This document shows positions 40,672 through 49,606 of a stretch of 64,000 bases of DNA, piece after piece. The notes beneath the pieces are model-generated. The model was not told the origin of the DNA and searched no databases. It was given only the letters and a program-made list of their open reading frames with translations. The stretch is from Thermoprotei archaeon (GTDB lineage Archaea > Thermoproteota > Thermoprotei > QMSL01), in assembly GCA_003650925.1 (NCBI GenBank), contig QMSP01000007.1, forward strand, positions 475 through 64,474, read 5' to 3'. Numbering within the stretch: position 1 is the first letter of the stretch; each line of letters starts with the position of its first letter. A program made the translations under genes and the position numbers.

Positions 40672-41177
40672 ACTTCCTCGCCTAGCGCTCTTAGCTGCTC
40701 CTCAAGCTCCTGTCTAAGCTTCTCATAGACCTCTTCGCTTACCTTACCCTCCTCCTTAAGTTTTTCAAGCTTAGCTAATCTCTCCTTTATTTCCTTCACT
40801 GTGGTGCTGACAAAGGGTAGTTTTGCCTGGAGAGCGTGTCTCATGTAATTCTTATCCAGTTCTTCCAACCTGCTCTTGATGTTGTTGAGTATTCTCTCAA
40901 CCTCAGATATCTTATTCTTCAAGTCCTCAACCATTTCAGTAAGCTCCTTCTCCTCTATGAGCCCTATGTTATGCCTTATGGCAAGCTCTTTTATCTCATC
41001 ATTGTACTTCTCCACTAAGCCTGTGTATTCTGAGATCTTCCTCATGACCTTTGTCCTATCTGAGATCCATGAATTTAAGGATCTTCTGACGGCCTCCTGA
41101 TATTCCCTCCACATCCTTTCAAGACGTTGTATCTCAGCTTCATACCTATTTAGAAGGACTTCAAGCTCTTCACTCAA
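40620..41177 (-). CDS. CdvA-like coiled-coil protein with C-terminal SHOCT-like motif
   Basis: ELAIRHNIGLI, long coiled coil, LKEEGKVSEEVYEKL. Confidence 0.6.
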   Translation of the reverse strand: MSEELEVLLNRYEAEIQRLERMWREYQEAVRRSLNSWISDRTKVMRKISEYTGLVEKYNDEIKELAIRHNIGLIEEKELTEMVEDLKNKISEVERILNNIKSRLEELDKNYMRHALQAKLPFVSTTVKEIKERLAKLEKLKEEGKVSEEVYEKLRQELEEQLRALGEEVQMSTASTPSEESTSSS

Positions 41178-41185
41178 GCTCTCAC

Positions 41186-41887
41186 CTAGCCCATTATTAT
41201 GGCATAGTCTTCCTCAAGCTCCTTCTTGAGCTTCTCATATACCTCTTTCTCTATCTTACCTGCCTTGTACAGCTCCTCTAGTTTAAGAAGGCCGAGCTTT
41301 ATCTTGCTGGGAGATGGTCTAGCGAAGGAGGGCCTAACTCTTCTATAATGAGGTTCAAGCATGGTATCTATTCGCCTTATGATATTATCAAGCTCATCTC
41401 TATCCTTCCTAAGCTCCTCAAGTGTTCTATTCAGATCATCAATTAGCCTTTCATAGATATCACCATCGATCATGCCCAGCTCTCTCCTGGCCTCAACTTC
41501 ATTGAGCTCAGTCTCATAATCCTTTATAACTCTATTCATGCTGGACAGCTTGCGCAAAAGCTCCTGTCTATACTTGTGCCATTCCTCTATGACCTTTATC
41601 GCCTCCTTCTCATATCTCCTCCACATATTGTCCAGGCTACTTATCCAGTTTTCTATCTCCTCTACCCTCGTATAGGGCTTCTCCTCTTTAACCACCACTT
41701 CCTCCTTCTCCTCTACCTCCTCCTTTACCTCCTCCTCTTTTCTCTCTTCCACGATCTCCAGTTTGAAGTAGGGGCACTCACTATATGTCGCAAGACAGGG
41801 AGCTATGAACGGATTCACATCAGAGCCAGTCTTTAGGCACTCATAGCTACCATCAGTTCTTGACCTTAAGTAGGGGCACACGCTCAT
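41186..41887 (-). CDS. CdvA-like coiled-coil protein with N-terminal Cys cluster (paralogue of 40620-41177)
   Basis: CPYL..C..C..CPYF; EVEARRELGMID; LYKAGKIEKEVYEKL. Confidence 0.6.
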   Translation of the reverse strand: MSVCPYLRSRTDGSYECLKTGSDVNPFIAPCLATYSECPYFKLEIVEERKEEEVKEEVEEKEEVVVKEEKPYTRVEEIENWISSLDNMWRRYEKEAIKVIEEWHKYRQELLRKLSSMNRVIKDYETELNEVEARRELGMIDGDIYERLIDDLNRTLEELRKDRDELDNIIRRIDTMLEPHYRRVRPSFARPSPSKIKLGLLKLEELYKAGKIEKEVYEKLKKELEEDYAIIMG

Positions 41888-42004
41888 CTAGTACACCATC
41901 ATTCACTTATGTCTGAGTTTCTTATTTAAGCCTAGTCTCTCAGCTCACCTTAGACATTGAGGAAAACGCTATCTTCTCTTGGATAATCCTATTCAATTCA
42001 CGAC

Positions 42005-42460
42005 CTAGATGCCTGCAAAGTCTCTCCAGTTAGCTACTATCCTCGATACTATTAACTTCACAGGATATCCTGAACCTACGCCCTTACAGAGAAGGTCTAT
42101 GTACACGTAGAGCTTAAGGCCATCCTCACAAAGGTACTCGGCTTTTCTCTCAGATACTCCTGGAAGAGGCTTCAATCTTATGTAGAAGGGGTACATCCTA
42201 CAAACATGTGGTCTCTCAGGATATATAGTGCAATAAGCTACTCCATTGTTCCACTCTAGAAATATGCAATCACCATTTGGCTTACAAGCCAATACTAATT
42301 TATGATCCTTCTTAATCACTACTGGTCCATACTTCCTCATCAAGTTCATAGCTTCACCAAGAGTGAGTGGAACAAGATATTCTCTACAACATCTACCACA
42401 TCTAATGCAACGCCAGTACTCGACTTCACGCCAGGGAACATAGTTGTGCCCTTTCCCCAT
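42005..42460 (-). CDS. YkgJ-family Cys-cluster protein
   Basis: CIRCGRCC, CIFL, CTIYPERP.VCRMYPF. Confidence 0.85.
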   Translation of the reverse strand: MGKGHNYVPWREVEYWRCIRCGRCCREYLVPLTLGEAMNLMRKYGPVVIKKDHKLVLACKPNGDCIFLEWNNGVAYCTIYPERPHVCRMYPFYIRLKPLPGVSERKAEYLCEDGLKLYVYIDLLCKGVGSGYPVKLIVSRIVANWRDFAGI

Positions 42461-42497
42461 CTCCCCCTCCGCCTCCAGTGCTGAAGCAGTTGATCGC

Positions 42498-42683
42498 CTA
42501 CATGAGTGCTCCTTTGCCAGGAGTTAACTTAAACTCATAGCCACATCTAGGGCATTTAACGTAGTCACAGCCTGACACTGAAAGAGGACATCCACTACAG
42601 GCCATGGTCCTGGCATACGATAGGCTGAATTGATATCCACAGTTAGGACACCTGATGATCCTTCCTCCTATGCGAAACTTCAA
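42498..42683 (-). CDS. Small Zn-ribbon protein
   Basis: CPNCG, CSGCP, CPRCG. Confidence 0.7.
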   Translation of the reverse strand: MKFRIGGRIIRCPNCGYQFSLSYARTMACSGCPLSVSGCDYVKCPRCGYEFKLTPGKGALM

Positions 42684-42820
42684 GCTATCACCCAGCTATG
42701 CACCTAAATGTCAGAGACTTCCATAGAGATATAACACTATCGTCTTAATTAAGCCGTACGCTCAAGAGGGCAGATAGTGTGTTTATATCACTCCTAAGCT
42801 CTTTATAGAATAGGATTGTC

Positions 42821-43573
42821 ATGTCTAGGCTCTTTGACCCGCTTAGGAAGGCTAGAGAAGTGGAGAGCATAGTTACTAGGCAAGGTGAGGAAGGGCAGGA
42901 AAGGAAGTATTACAGATTTCGAGGTGGAAGCTGGTATGGGGGAATAGCTACTGCTGACTGCGTAGGATGCTGTCTTCGTTGTGTATTCTGTTGGAGCTAT
43001 TATCCTCGTGAGCATCCTGATACATGCGGCACATTCTACAGTCCAAGTGAAGTGGCGCGGAGATTGTTGGCTATAGCCAAGAGAAGAGGGTACAATAAGG
43101 TTAGAATAAGCGGGTCAGAGCCCACCATAGGGAAGGAGCATCTACTTAAAGTTTTTGAGTATGTCAGTGTAGAGAAAGTGCTCTTCATCCTAGAGACCAA
43201 TGGTATTCTAATAGGCTATGATAGAGACTATGCAAGGGCATTGTCCAGATTCGATAATATACATGTCAGAGTATCGATCAAGGGATGTACTCCTGATGAG
43301 TTTAGTCGCCTAACTGGTGCTGTCCCTGAGGCATTTGAGCTTCAGCTCAAAGCCCTTGAGAATTTATTGGATGCTGGGGTTTCATGTCATCCAGCTGTCA
43401 TGCTAAGTTTTAGCGATAGAGACAGCATAGCCTATCTGGTTCAAAAGTTGAGCGAGATAGAGCCCACCTTAGTGAACAATATTGAGGAGGAGTACGTCAT
43501 TCTCTATCCTCATGTTGCTCGTAGGCTGAAACAGGCTGGGATATGGCCTAGAACTTATTGCAGTCTTAGGTGA
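42821..43573 (+). CDS. Radical SAM protein (archaeal Fe-S oxidoreductase)
   Basis: GCCLRCVFC, SGSEP, LETNG. Confidence 0.88.
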   Translation: MSRLFDPLRKAREVESIVTRQGEEGQERKYYRFRGGSWYGGIATADCVGCCLRCVFCWSYYPREHPDTCGTFYSPSEVARRLLAIAKRRGYNKVRISGSEPTIGKEHLLKVFEYVSVEKVLFILETNGILIGYDRDYARALSRFDNIHVRVSIKGCTPDEFSRLTGAVPEAFELQLKALENLLDAGVSCHPAVMLSFSDRDSIAYLVQKLSEIEPTLVNNIEEEYVILYPHVARRLKQAGIWPRTYCSLR

Positions 43574-44385
43574 GCATCATGCCTATCCTTGAGGAGATAG
43601 CTAAGAGGCTTGAAGTTCCCTATGAAGTTTCAGTGGAGGTAATGAGTTCGGAGGGTCCTCTCTACTTCGACCTAGCAATACCATCCTCAAGAAGACCATT
43701 AGTTCTTGTGCTGTTAGTTCAGGTTGAGGACTATGGTAGATTGAGCTTATTCCCTGCTATAAGAGGTGATATAAGGCTAGCTGAGGCATTGACCAACATG
43801 GATAATAGATTTCAGCTCATCAAAGCACGAGGAGTGCCATTCGCTGCTATAGGAGCTATCAGCCTGTTTGAGCCCAACATCAGCAGCAATGTAGCATACA
43901 CAGATGAGGTACTTCCACTATCGGAGGTAGATGAAATAGCGAGGATGATAAAACTCATAGTGAGAAACCCTTGGTACCCTGTGTTCTCCATTAGACGATG
44001 GGCTCGACGAACCTTGTTATCCATTGAGCCTCTCTCCTACTACTTAGAGCCTAGCGGCAAGATAGCTAGGTGTAGAGAGGCCAGAGCTCTCATAGGGTTT
44101 GATATAGAGGAGGACGAAGTAGTGATAAAGAATCCGCTGGGTGTAATCAGGATGAGCATAGAAGCTCTGCGGATGTCCAAGAATAATGTCAAGATCAATG
44201 AACTCAGGAACGTACTTCTAAGCAACTATGAAGTGGACGATACAGCCCTTAGAGATGTAGTAGGAGGTAGAATCACCATGAAGGAGCTAACAGAGCTTCT
44301 AATGAAAAATGAAGACCTCGCTGAAGAGCTTCTAGGAGCCAAAAATGCCTCACAGCTTCTCAGGAGGCTCGTCAACTTTGACTAG
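43570..44385 (+). CDS. Hypothetical protein
   Basis: Long ORF translationally coupled on both sides. Confidence 0.65.
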   Translation: MSIMPILEEIAKRLEVPYEVSVEVMSSEGPLYFDLAIPSSRRPLVLVLLVQVEDYGRLSLFPAIRGDIRLAEALTNMDNRFQLIKARGVPFAAIGAISLFEPNISSNVAYTDEVLPLSEVDEIARMIKLIVRNPWYPVFSIRRWARRTLLSIEPLSYYLEPSGKIARCREARALIGFDIEEDEVVIKNPLGVIRMSIEALRMSKNNVKINELRNVLLSNYEVDDTALRDVVGGRITMKELTELLMKNEDLAEELLGAKNASQLLRRLVNFD

Positions 44386-45052
44386 GATCTCGAAGCTAAT
44401 AATGGTTCATGTCTCCGCCCTGTTATTGGAGCTTATACATCGGCTGATATGGAGGATAGGCTGGATAAACTATAGAGGCTTGAGGCTAGCCGTAGTGAGA
44501 GGCGTATTTTCGCCCAAGTACACGATCACGACAGATCTCCTAGCTGACGTGATTCAGCAGATGATCAAAAGCTCCTACGAGGTGCTTGATGTTGGAACAG
44601 GAACTGGCGCCTTAGCCATAATAGCTTCCAGAAAAGCTCGAAAAGTAGTGGCTATAGATATAGATAGGAGAGCTGTGCTATGTGCTAAACTAAACGCTAT
44701 ATTAAATGGTTCTTCAATCATAGTCAAACAAGGTAACCTGTTCTCTCCTCTCAAGGACGAGAGATTCGACGTGATAATATTCAATCCTCCATACTTGCCT
44801 CTTCGTCCTCGTCCTCCTCTCGGCTTGAGTGTGTTCTTTGCCGAGGGAGCTCTACTAGAATCTTTCTTATCTCAAGCTAGATACTATCTCAAGAAAGGAG
44901 GCTTTCTGCTCATGACTTACTCTACTCTTTCAATAAAAGGCTACTTGGAATTTCTTCTGCGTAAATATAAGTGGAAATATGTGAAAATTAGAAGCTTTAG
45001 AATGCCTCTTGAGGAGATATATGTGATAATGGCTATTCCTCATGGTCAGTGA
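44345..45052 (+). CDS. HemK2/PrmC-family SAM methyltransferase
   Basis: VLDVGTGTG and FNPPY; true start may be ATG 44402. Confidence 0.85.
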   Translation: MPHSFSGGSSTLTRISKLIMVHVSALLLELIHRLIWRIGWINYRGLRLAVVRGVFSPKYTITTDLLADVIQQMIKSSYEVLDVGTGTGALAIIASRKARKVVAIDIDRRAVLCAKLNAILNGSSIIVKQGNLFSPLKDERFDVIIFNPPYLPLRPRPPLGLSVFFAEGALLESFLSQARYYLKKGGFLLMTYSTLSIKGYLEFLLRKYKWKYVKIRSFRMPLEEIYVIMAIPHGQ

Positions 45053-45100
45053 GGATAGGGGCTTCTTCATCTATCAGAGGAGGACACACCTCATCATACC
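45044..45100 (-). ncRNA. Box C/D guide sRNA
   Basis: ATGATGA GGTGTGTCCTCCT CTGA tag ATGAAGA AGCCCCTATCCTCA CTGA; TTTATAA promoter about 25 nt upstream. Confidence 0.85.
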
Positions 45101-45144
45101 AATTGATCTTCACTATTCTGTAACTTATAAATGTGTTTATCATA

Positions 45145-46461
45145 TTACTGTATAATGCTATACTCCATGTCGTATAAGCGAGCTATCTCTCTCCAATCCC
45201 TCCTTCTATCGCTTAGCATCAACGCTACCTCTCCATCAGGTATTTCGCTTAATAATGCGCCAAGGTCACCGTCTAGTTTCACAAATGCATGAGGCCATAC
45301 CTCAACGTCTTCTCTAAACCTTTCCTTAGGCACCATTATTGAGCTTCCCGATGCTATCACTATTTTCATGCCCTTATCAATCCTATAGAGCTTGACTATG
45401 TTTACGCGGCCATGTCTACAACAAAACCTCATTGAGACACCTTCTCTCACTACCTCAGTTCGTTGTCTACATAGGTCAATATCTCTCAAGTCATAGGCCA
45501 TGCTTAGAGGCATATACCCACAGTTGATAAGCTTCAGTATCTTCTCCTCCCTCTCAACGCCAGCAATGATTGCACGCGCTATGCTCATGTCTAGCATGGC
45601 TTTTACTAAACACCCTACCACGAGAATACCTAGGCTACCACATGTAGCTAGATAACCTTCTTCATCCAGTAGAGCTAGAGCTATGCAGAAAGAGGCATGA
45701 CCACACGCCTCGGCTAATACATGAATTCCATCGAGACTCCTTGCCTTAATGATGTTCTTCAACGCCATGTACAGCTTGGCCTCCTCATGTATGAGCTGTA
45801 AAGGAACTTCAATAACGCCCATCCTATCTACAATTCTCTCCTTGACTAGGGTATTGACTTTATCTATCTCTTTAACATACTCCTCCAGGAGGTCAGTCTC
45901 TATAGGGATGAGCTCCATTGCGAAGGTTGATGCTACATCACCGAAACGTAGATCGTGAGTAACAAGTCCTCCTCTAACCACTACACCAATTCTCATCTTG
46001 GAGGTCCTATTCATGGCTCTGCAGGCCCTTATGAATGATAGTGCCTGCGATATGACTCTTGTTTCCTCAGGTGAGCCTACTAGCATGTTGCATTTAATTC
46101 CTCTCCTTGACATAAGAGCTCCTAGCTCGAGGGCACTGGCTATTGATAAGGTGGCCGACTCATATGGGCTCCATATTAACACAGGCACTTTTGGCCTAGG
46201 CTCGATGAAGTTCATGGACTTCACAAAAGCTCCTGGAACTATTATTATGCAGTCTACTGCCTGCTCTTCAGCTCTATGTACAGCCTCAGCATACTCTCCT
46301 CTAGTAGTTATGGACTTAGCTTGCTCAACTATGTCGACACCTTGTCTTCTGAGACTATATGCTATACGTTGTGTATATTCTTCAAGATGTTTTTGACCAA
46401 TGCCGATCCCCTTCAATACTATCAGTGCCACTCTAGCTATGCGCCTCTCTTCATAGCTCAC
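45145..46461 (-). CDS. L-fucose/L-arabinose isomerase-like protein (degenerate)
   Basis: Overall layout, INCG, WPHAFVKL; the usual CEGD motif is replaced by CGSL. Confidence 0.6.
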   Translation of the reverse strand: MSYEERRIARVALIVLKGIGIGQKHLEEYTQRIAYSLRRQGVDIVEQAKSITTRGEYAEAVHRAEEQAVDCIIIVPGAFVKSMNFIEPRPKVPVLIWSPYESATLSIASALELGALMSRRGIKCNMLVGSPEETRVISQALSFIRACRAMNRTSKMRIGVVVRGGLVTHDLRFGDVASTFAMELIPIETDLLEEYVKEIDKVNTLVKERIVDRMGVIEVPLQLIHEEAKLYMALKNIIKARSLDGIHVLAEACGHASFCIALALLDEEGYLATCGSLGILVVGCLVKAMLDMSIARAIIAGVEREEKILKLINCGYMPLSMAYDLRDIDLCRQRTEVVREGVSMRFCCRHGRVNIVKLYRIDKGMKIVIASGSSIMVPKERFREDVEVWPHAFVKLDGDLGALLSEIPDGEVALMLSDRRRDWREIARLYDMEYSIIQ

Positions 46462-46541
46462 GATCGGAGATGATCCTGCTTTTGTCTCTTAATTCTACCG
46501 CTCAGCTTTTAGCTATCCCTTAGCTCATTGATCATTGAAAG

Positions 46542-47030
46542 GTGAGGTATTTGAAGACAATCCTTCAGCCCTTGCTCATAGGTGTGCTCCTCATGGTAAT
46601 CCTAGCTCTCCTCACGAGCTATGCGCTTCAAGTACTATCTCCTGTAAGCCTTGAAGTTACTGGCACTTTATTTCCTCTTCAAAGCAATGTAGTGTACATA
46701 TTCAAGGGTAGGATAAGCCCGGAGAGCCCTATAGTGGAGGTTAGGGCGAGGCTTATTGAGAGTGGTAGGATATGGTCAGGTGTCAACGTCACTATAGAGA
46801 ACTTCATACAGGAGGACTTCAAGGGTACTCTTGAAATCATCATAATGGGAAGGGGTGGAAGGATCATAGCTAATGGGAGCATATGCCTAGAGATAGGCTA
46901 TGGTGAGAAGAAGCAGTTCATCGTACAGCTGAACTGGCTTCCGAATTATACCATGGAGCAGGCTCTGTGGGGACGACTGGTGTTGAAACTGAGATCACGA
47001 AGAGGCTTGTTCTTGGCTCCATGGAGTTAA
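46542..47030 (+). CDS. Hypothetical exported or membrane-anchored protein
   Basis: N-terminal hydrophobic helix and beta-rich body. Confidence 0.55.
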   Translation: MRYLKTILQPLLIGVLLMVILALLTSYALQVLSPVSLEVTGTLFPLQSNVVYIFKGRISPESPIVEVRARLIESGRIWSGVNVTIENFIQEDFKGTLEIIIMGRGGRIIANGSICLEIGYGEKKQFIVQLNWLPNYTMEQALWGRLVLKLRSRRGLFLAPWS

Positions 47031-47062
47031 GCTTAAGTTTACTGAGTATACCATAGATTAAT

Positions 47063-47128
47063 GGCGTGCGCAACACTCCCGCTGGGAGTAGGATGAGCGC
47101 ACGCGGGACGTATTCACCGCGCACATTT
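47063..47128 (+). ncRNA. Non-canonical H/ACA-type sRNA with one-sided 16S rRNA guide
   Basis: GCGTGCGC/GCGCACGC stem with K-turn-like GATGA, then GGGACGTATTCACCGCG (complement of archaeal 16S CGCGGUGAAUACGUCCC), then C-ACA. Confidence 0.75.
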
Positions 47129-47142
47129 CATCTAATTCCCTA

Positions 47143-48174
47143 CTAGTATTCCCCTAGGATGTGCTCAGCAGGAGTGAACAGATATCCCTTATTGTGAGCC
47201 TCTTCAATTCTCCTAAGAACTTCCTTGTTCTCTGTGAGAATCATAGCACAACCTCCTTTAACTACTTTAATTCCAGATAATTTCAGAGCTTCTGAGAGTA
47301 TATGGCTTGAGGAAGGAGCTACTATAAGAGGTAGGCCATGGTTCTTTGCCTTATGGATAAGATACAGGATTAGAGAGGCTAGGCTTGACGCCTTCATGTC
47401 TTCAGAGAATACGACATCAGATATTAGGCCAACGTGAAATACCTGCCCTTTAATGTTGTGATAGTCTCTCAGAGATAAAGTTGCTGTACATTGTATTCCT
47501 TCCGCTATAGCATGTTTTCTCCTGAGTCGTTTTTCAGAGAGGCTACTATAGAGAGATAGTGTGGGCCCTAAGTCTGCATAGTTTCTAATAGCATCATCAA
47601 CAGATATGAGCTTGCCATGCTCCTCTACTCTAGGCTTAAAGCTTACAAACCTTACAAGGACTCTATCTAGCCAACGAGGTAACAGGCCTAGGAACGCGGT
47701 CTTATCAGCTATGAATATGCCAATGCCGACGTCGAATATATCTTTAAAGCCTCTTCTTCTGTACATGTTCCAAGCTATGCTCCCACGAGCTGTATATAGC
47801 ATTGTGAAGTCCACCTTCTCCTCCTCTACCCTCTTCAAGGCTCTATCGAAGACAAGTCTTCCATAGCCCCTTCCCTGATGGTGAGGTAGAACAGCCACAT
47901 CATCTATGAAGCATGAGCTGAAATGGTCTCCCTCAACCACTACATCTTTAAATGTAAGAACGGTTGTAGCAACTACTCTGCCTTCAACCTTCAAAAGTGC
48001 AACCTCCACTCTTGGCTCTGACCCATATCTTTCAAGCCATTCCTCAGGCCTTCTATATAGCGCAATACCAGCCTTACTAGCCCTTATAAAAGCTTCATTA
48101 AAGACTACGCATATATCATTGACCTCGTCTAGGCTAAGCTCTTCAAACCACCTAACTGTGACGACCTCCTGCAC
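47143..48174 (-). CDS. GNAT acetyltransferase
   Basis: VAVLPHHQGRGYG and MYRRRGF. Confidence 0.85.
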   Translation of the reverse strand: MQEVVTVRWFEELSLDEVNDICVVFNEAFIRASKAGIALYRRPEEWLERYGSEPRVEVALLKVEGRVVATTVLTFKDVVVEGDHFSSCFIDDVAVLPHHQGRGYGRLVFDRALKRVEEEKVDFTMLYTARGSIAWNMYRRRGFKDIFDVGIGIFIADKTAFLGLLPRWLDRVLVRFVSFKPRVEEHGKLISVDDAIRNYADLGPTLSLYSSLSEKRLRRKHAIAEGIQCTATLSLRDYHNIKGQVFHVGLISDVVFSEDMKASSLASLILYLIHKAKNHGLPLIVAPSSSHILSEALKLSGIKVVKGGCAMILTENKEVLRRIEEAHNKGYLFTPAEHILGEY

Positions 48175-48204
48175 ATGGCCTCCCTCCTCAATAGACCTCA
48201 GCTT

Positions 48205-48258
48205 GATCAGTGAGGTCGGTGTTCATCACTATTCAGTCCACCCTAGCCTATCATCCTC
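48205..48258 (-). ncRNA. Box C/D guide sRNA (cluster member 3)
   Basis: AGGATGA TAGGCTAGGGTGGA CTGA ata GTGATGA ACACCGACCTCA CTGA. Confidence 0.8.
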
Positions 48259-48314
48259 TCAGCCCAGACTATTCTTCATCTCCAAACATCCGCCCTCACA
48301 CGGCTCATCATCAG
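48259..48314 (-). ncRNA. Box C/D guide sRNA (cluster member 2), predicted tRNA-Val(CAC) Cm34 guide
   Basis: ATGATGA GCCGTGTGAGGG CGGA tgtttggag ATGAAGA ATAGTCTGGG CTGA. Confidence 0.8.
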
Positions 48315-48395
48315 CTAGCTCCAGAATATACTATTTCCAGCCTGAGCTTAATGTCTTACTGACACCTCGCCTACTCATGATAAGCAAGCCACTGG

Positions 48396-48454
48396 TATCA
48401 GCTCGTGGGTTCCTAATCATCGTCTTCCTCATAGGTGCGAGTCTTCATCACCTC
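48396..48454 (-). ncRNA. Box C/D guide sRNA (cluster member 1)
   Basis: GTGATGA AGACTCGCACCT ATGA ggaagacg ATGATTA GGAACCCACGAG CTGA. Confidence 0.8.
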
Positions 48455-48535
48455 AAAAGTCAACTAGTGTGAAAGCCCATTAAACACTTTCGCTGCTTGT
48501 TCAGGGCTAGAATTCATGAATAAAGTCAAAAAGAT

Positions 48536-48856
48536 TCACTTCCTAAGCTTAGCGCCTACTAGATATATCCCCTTGAGTCTCCATCCATCTCTCTCCATCT
48601 TGCACTTAACTTCATTGAGCTTACTCTCCTCAACCTCCTCTACAGTATAGACTGTAAGACTTCCTGGCCTCTCGAACGTTAGAGCATAGACTAGCTCTAT
48701 ATCCTCTGACATCTTGGCAAGGTCCTGAAGCGCACGTTTTGCATCTTCTATGCTAGGCAGGTTAAGCCATCTCCTAGCTGACCTTACGCTTATGTATCCC
48801 ATACTCCTTATTATGTCCCTCATCAGTAGCAACTTATGAACTCCTATACGCGCCAC
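48536..48856 (-). CDS. Hypothetical protein (possible wHTH)
   Basis: ORF with GGTGAG SD. Confidence 0.55.
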   Translation of the reverse strand: MARIGVHKLLLMRDIIRSMGYISVRSARRWLNLPSIEDAKRALQDLAKMSEDIELVYALTFERPGSLTVYTVEEVEESKLNEVKCKMERDGWRLKGIYLVGAKLRK

Positions 48857-48925
48857 GAGTAGCTCACCGTCAGTAATCAGTTAGTGTTAAATTTGTTAAA
48901 ACATTAATCCCTTGGGGGTGCTAGC

Positions 48926-49606
48926 TTGAGCTCATGTGCTGAGGAGTTGATAAAGGAGCTAAAGGAGGCAATAGTGAATCTCGATCCTGACAAGGCTAGG
49001 GAAGTGGCTGAAAAAGCTCTTAAACAGGGAATAGACATCAAGCTGCTCATAAACGAGGGAATAGGCAAGGCTATGCAGAGAGTAGGTGAACTATATGAGC
49101 AGGGAGAGTATTTCCTCCCAGAACTTCTTCTGGCTGGAGAGGCAGCTACAGAGGTTCTCAAAGCTCTCGAGCCTAAGCTAAAGGCCGAAGTTATCAAGCC
49201 CAAGGGAGTCATAGTGATAGGGACTGTAGAAGGTGACCTTCATGATATAGGCAAGAACCTTGTGGCTATGGTGCTTCGTGCCAATGGATTTGAAGTGCAT
49301 GACCTAGGCAGAGATGTGCCCGTTAAGGAGTTTGTTAAGAAGGCCATTGAAGTAGATGCTGACATAGTGGCTATGTCAGCTCTCCTAACTACGACCATGA
49401 TAAAGATGAGAGATGTCATAGAAGAGCTCAAGAAAGCGGGCATAAGGGACAAGGTTAAGGTCCTCGTAGGAGGAGCTCCTGTCACAGCTGATTTTGCTCG
49501 TGAAATAGGTGCTGATGGATATGCCGAGGATGCTATTGAGGCTGTAAGAGTAGCTGAAGAGCTCGTAAGAGCTAAGTATGGAGGTAAGCTGAGGAGTGAG
49601 TTCTAG
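48926..49606 (+). CDS. Methyltransferase corrinoid protein (MtaC/MtbC/MttC family)
   Basis: GTVEGDLHDIGKNLV, SALLTTT, VGGAP, IGADGY; B12-cap N-terminus. Confidence 0.92.
   Translation: MSSCAEELIKELKEAIVNLDPDKAREVAEKALKQGIDIKLLINEGIGKAMQRVGELYEQGEYFLPELLLAGEAATEVLKALEPKLKAEVIKPKGVIVIGTVEGDLHDIGKNLVAMVLRANGFEVHDLGRDVPVKEFVKKAIEVDADIVAMSALLTTTMIKMRDVIEELKKAGIRDKVKVLVGGAPVTADFAREIGADGYAEDAIEAVRVAEELVRAKYGGKLRSEF

Noticed and set aside
45109-45120. TTCACTATTCTG repeated at about 52867
   Set aside because: Only two 12-nt copies in different contexts; chance cannot be excluded
47906-48472. 188-aa plus-strand ORF
   Set aside because: Antisense to the GNAT gene and the C/D sRNA cluster, which explain the sequence better
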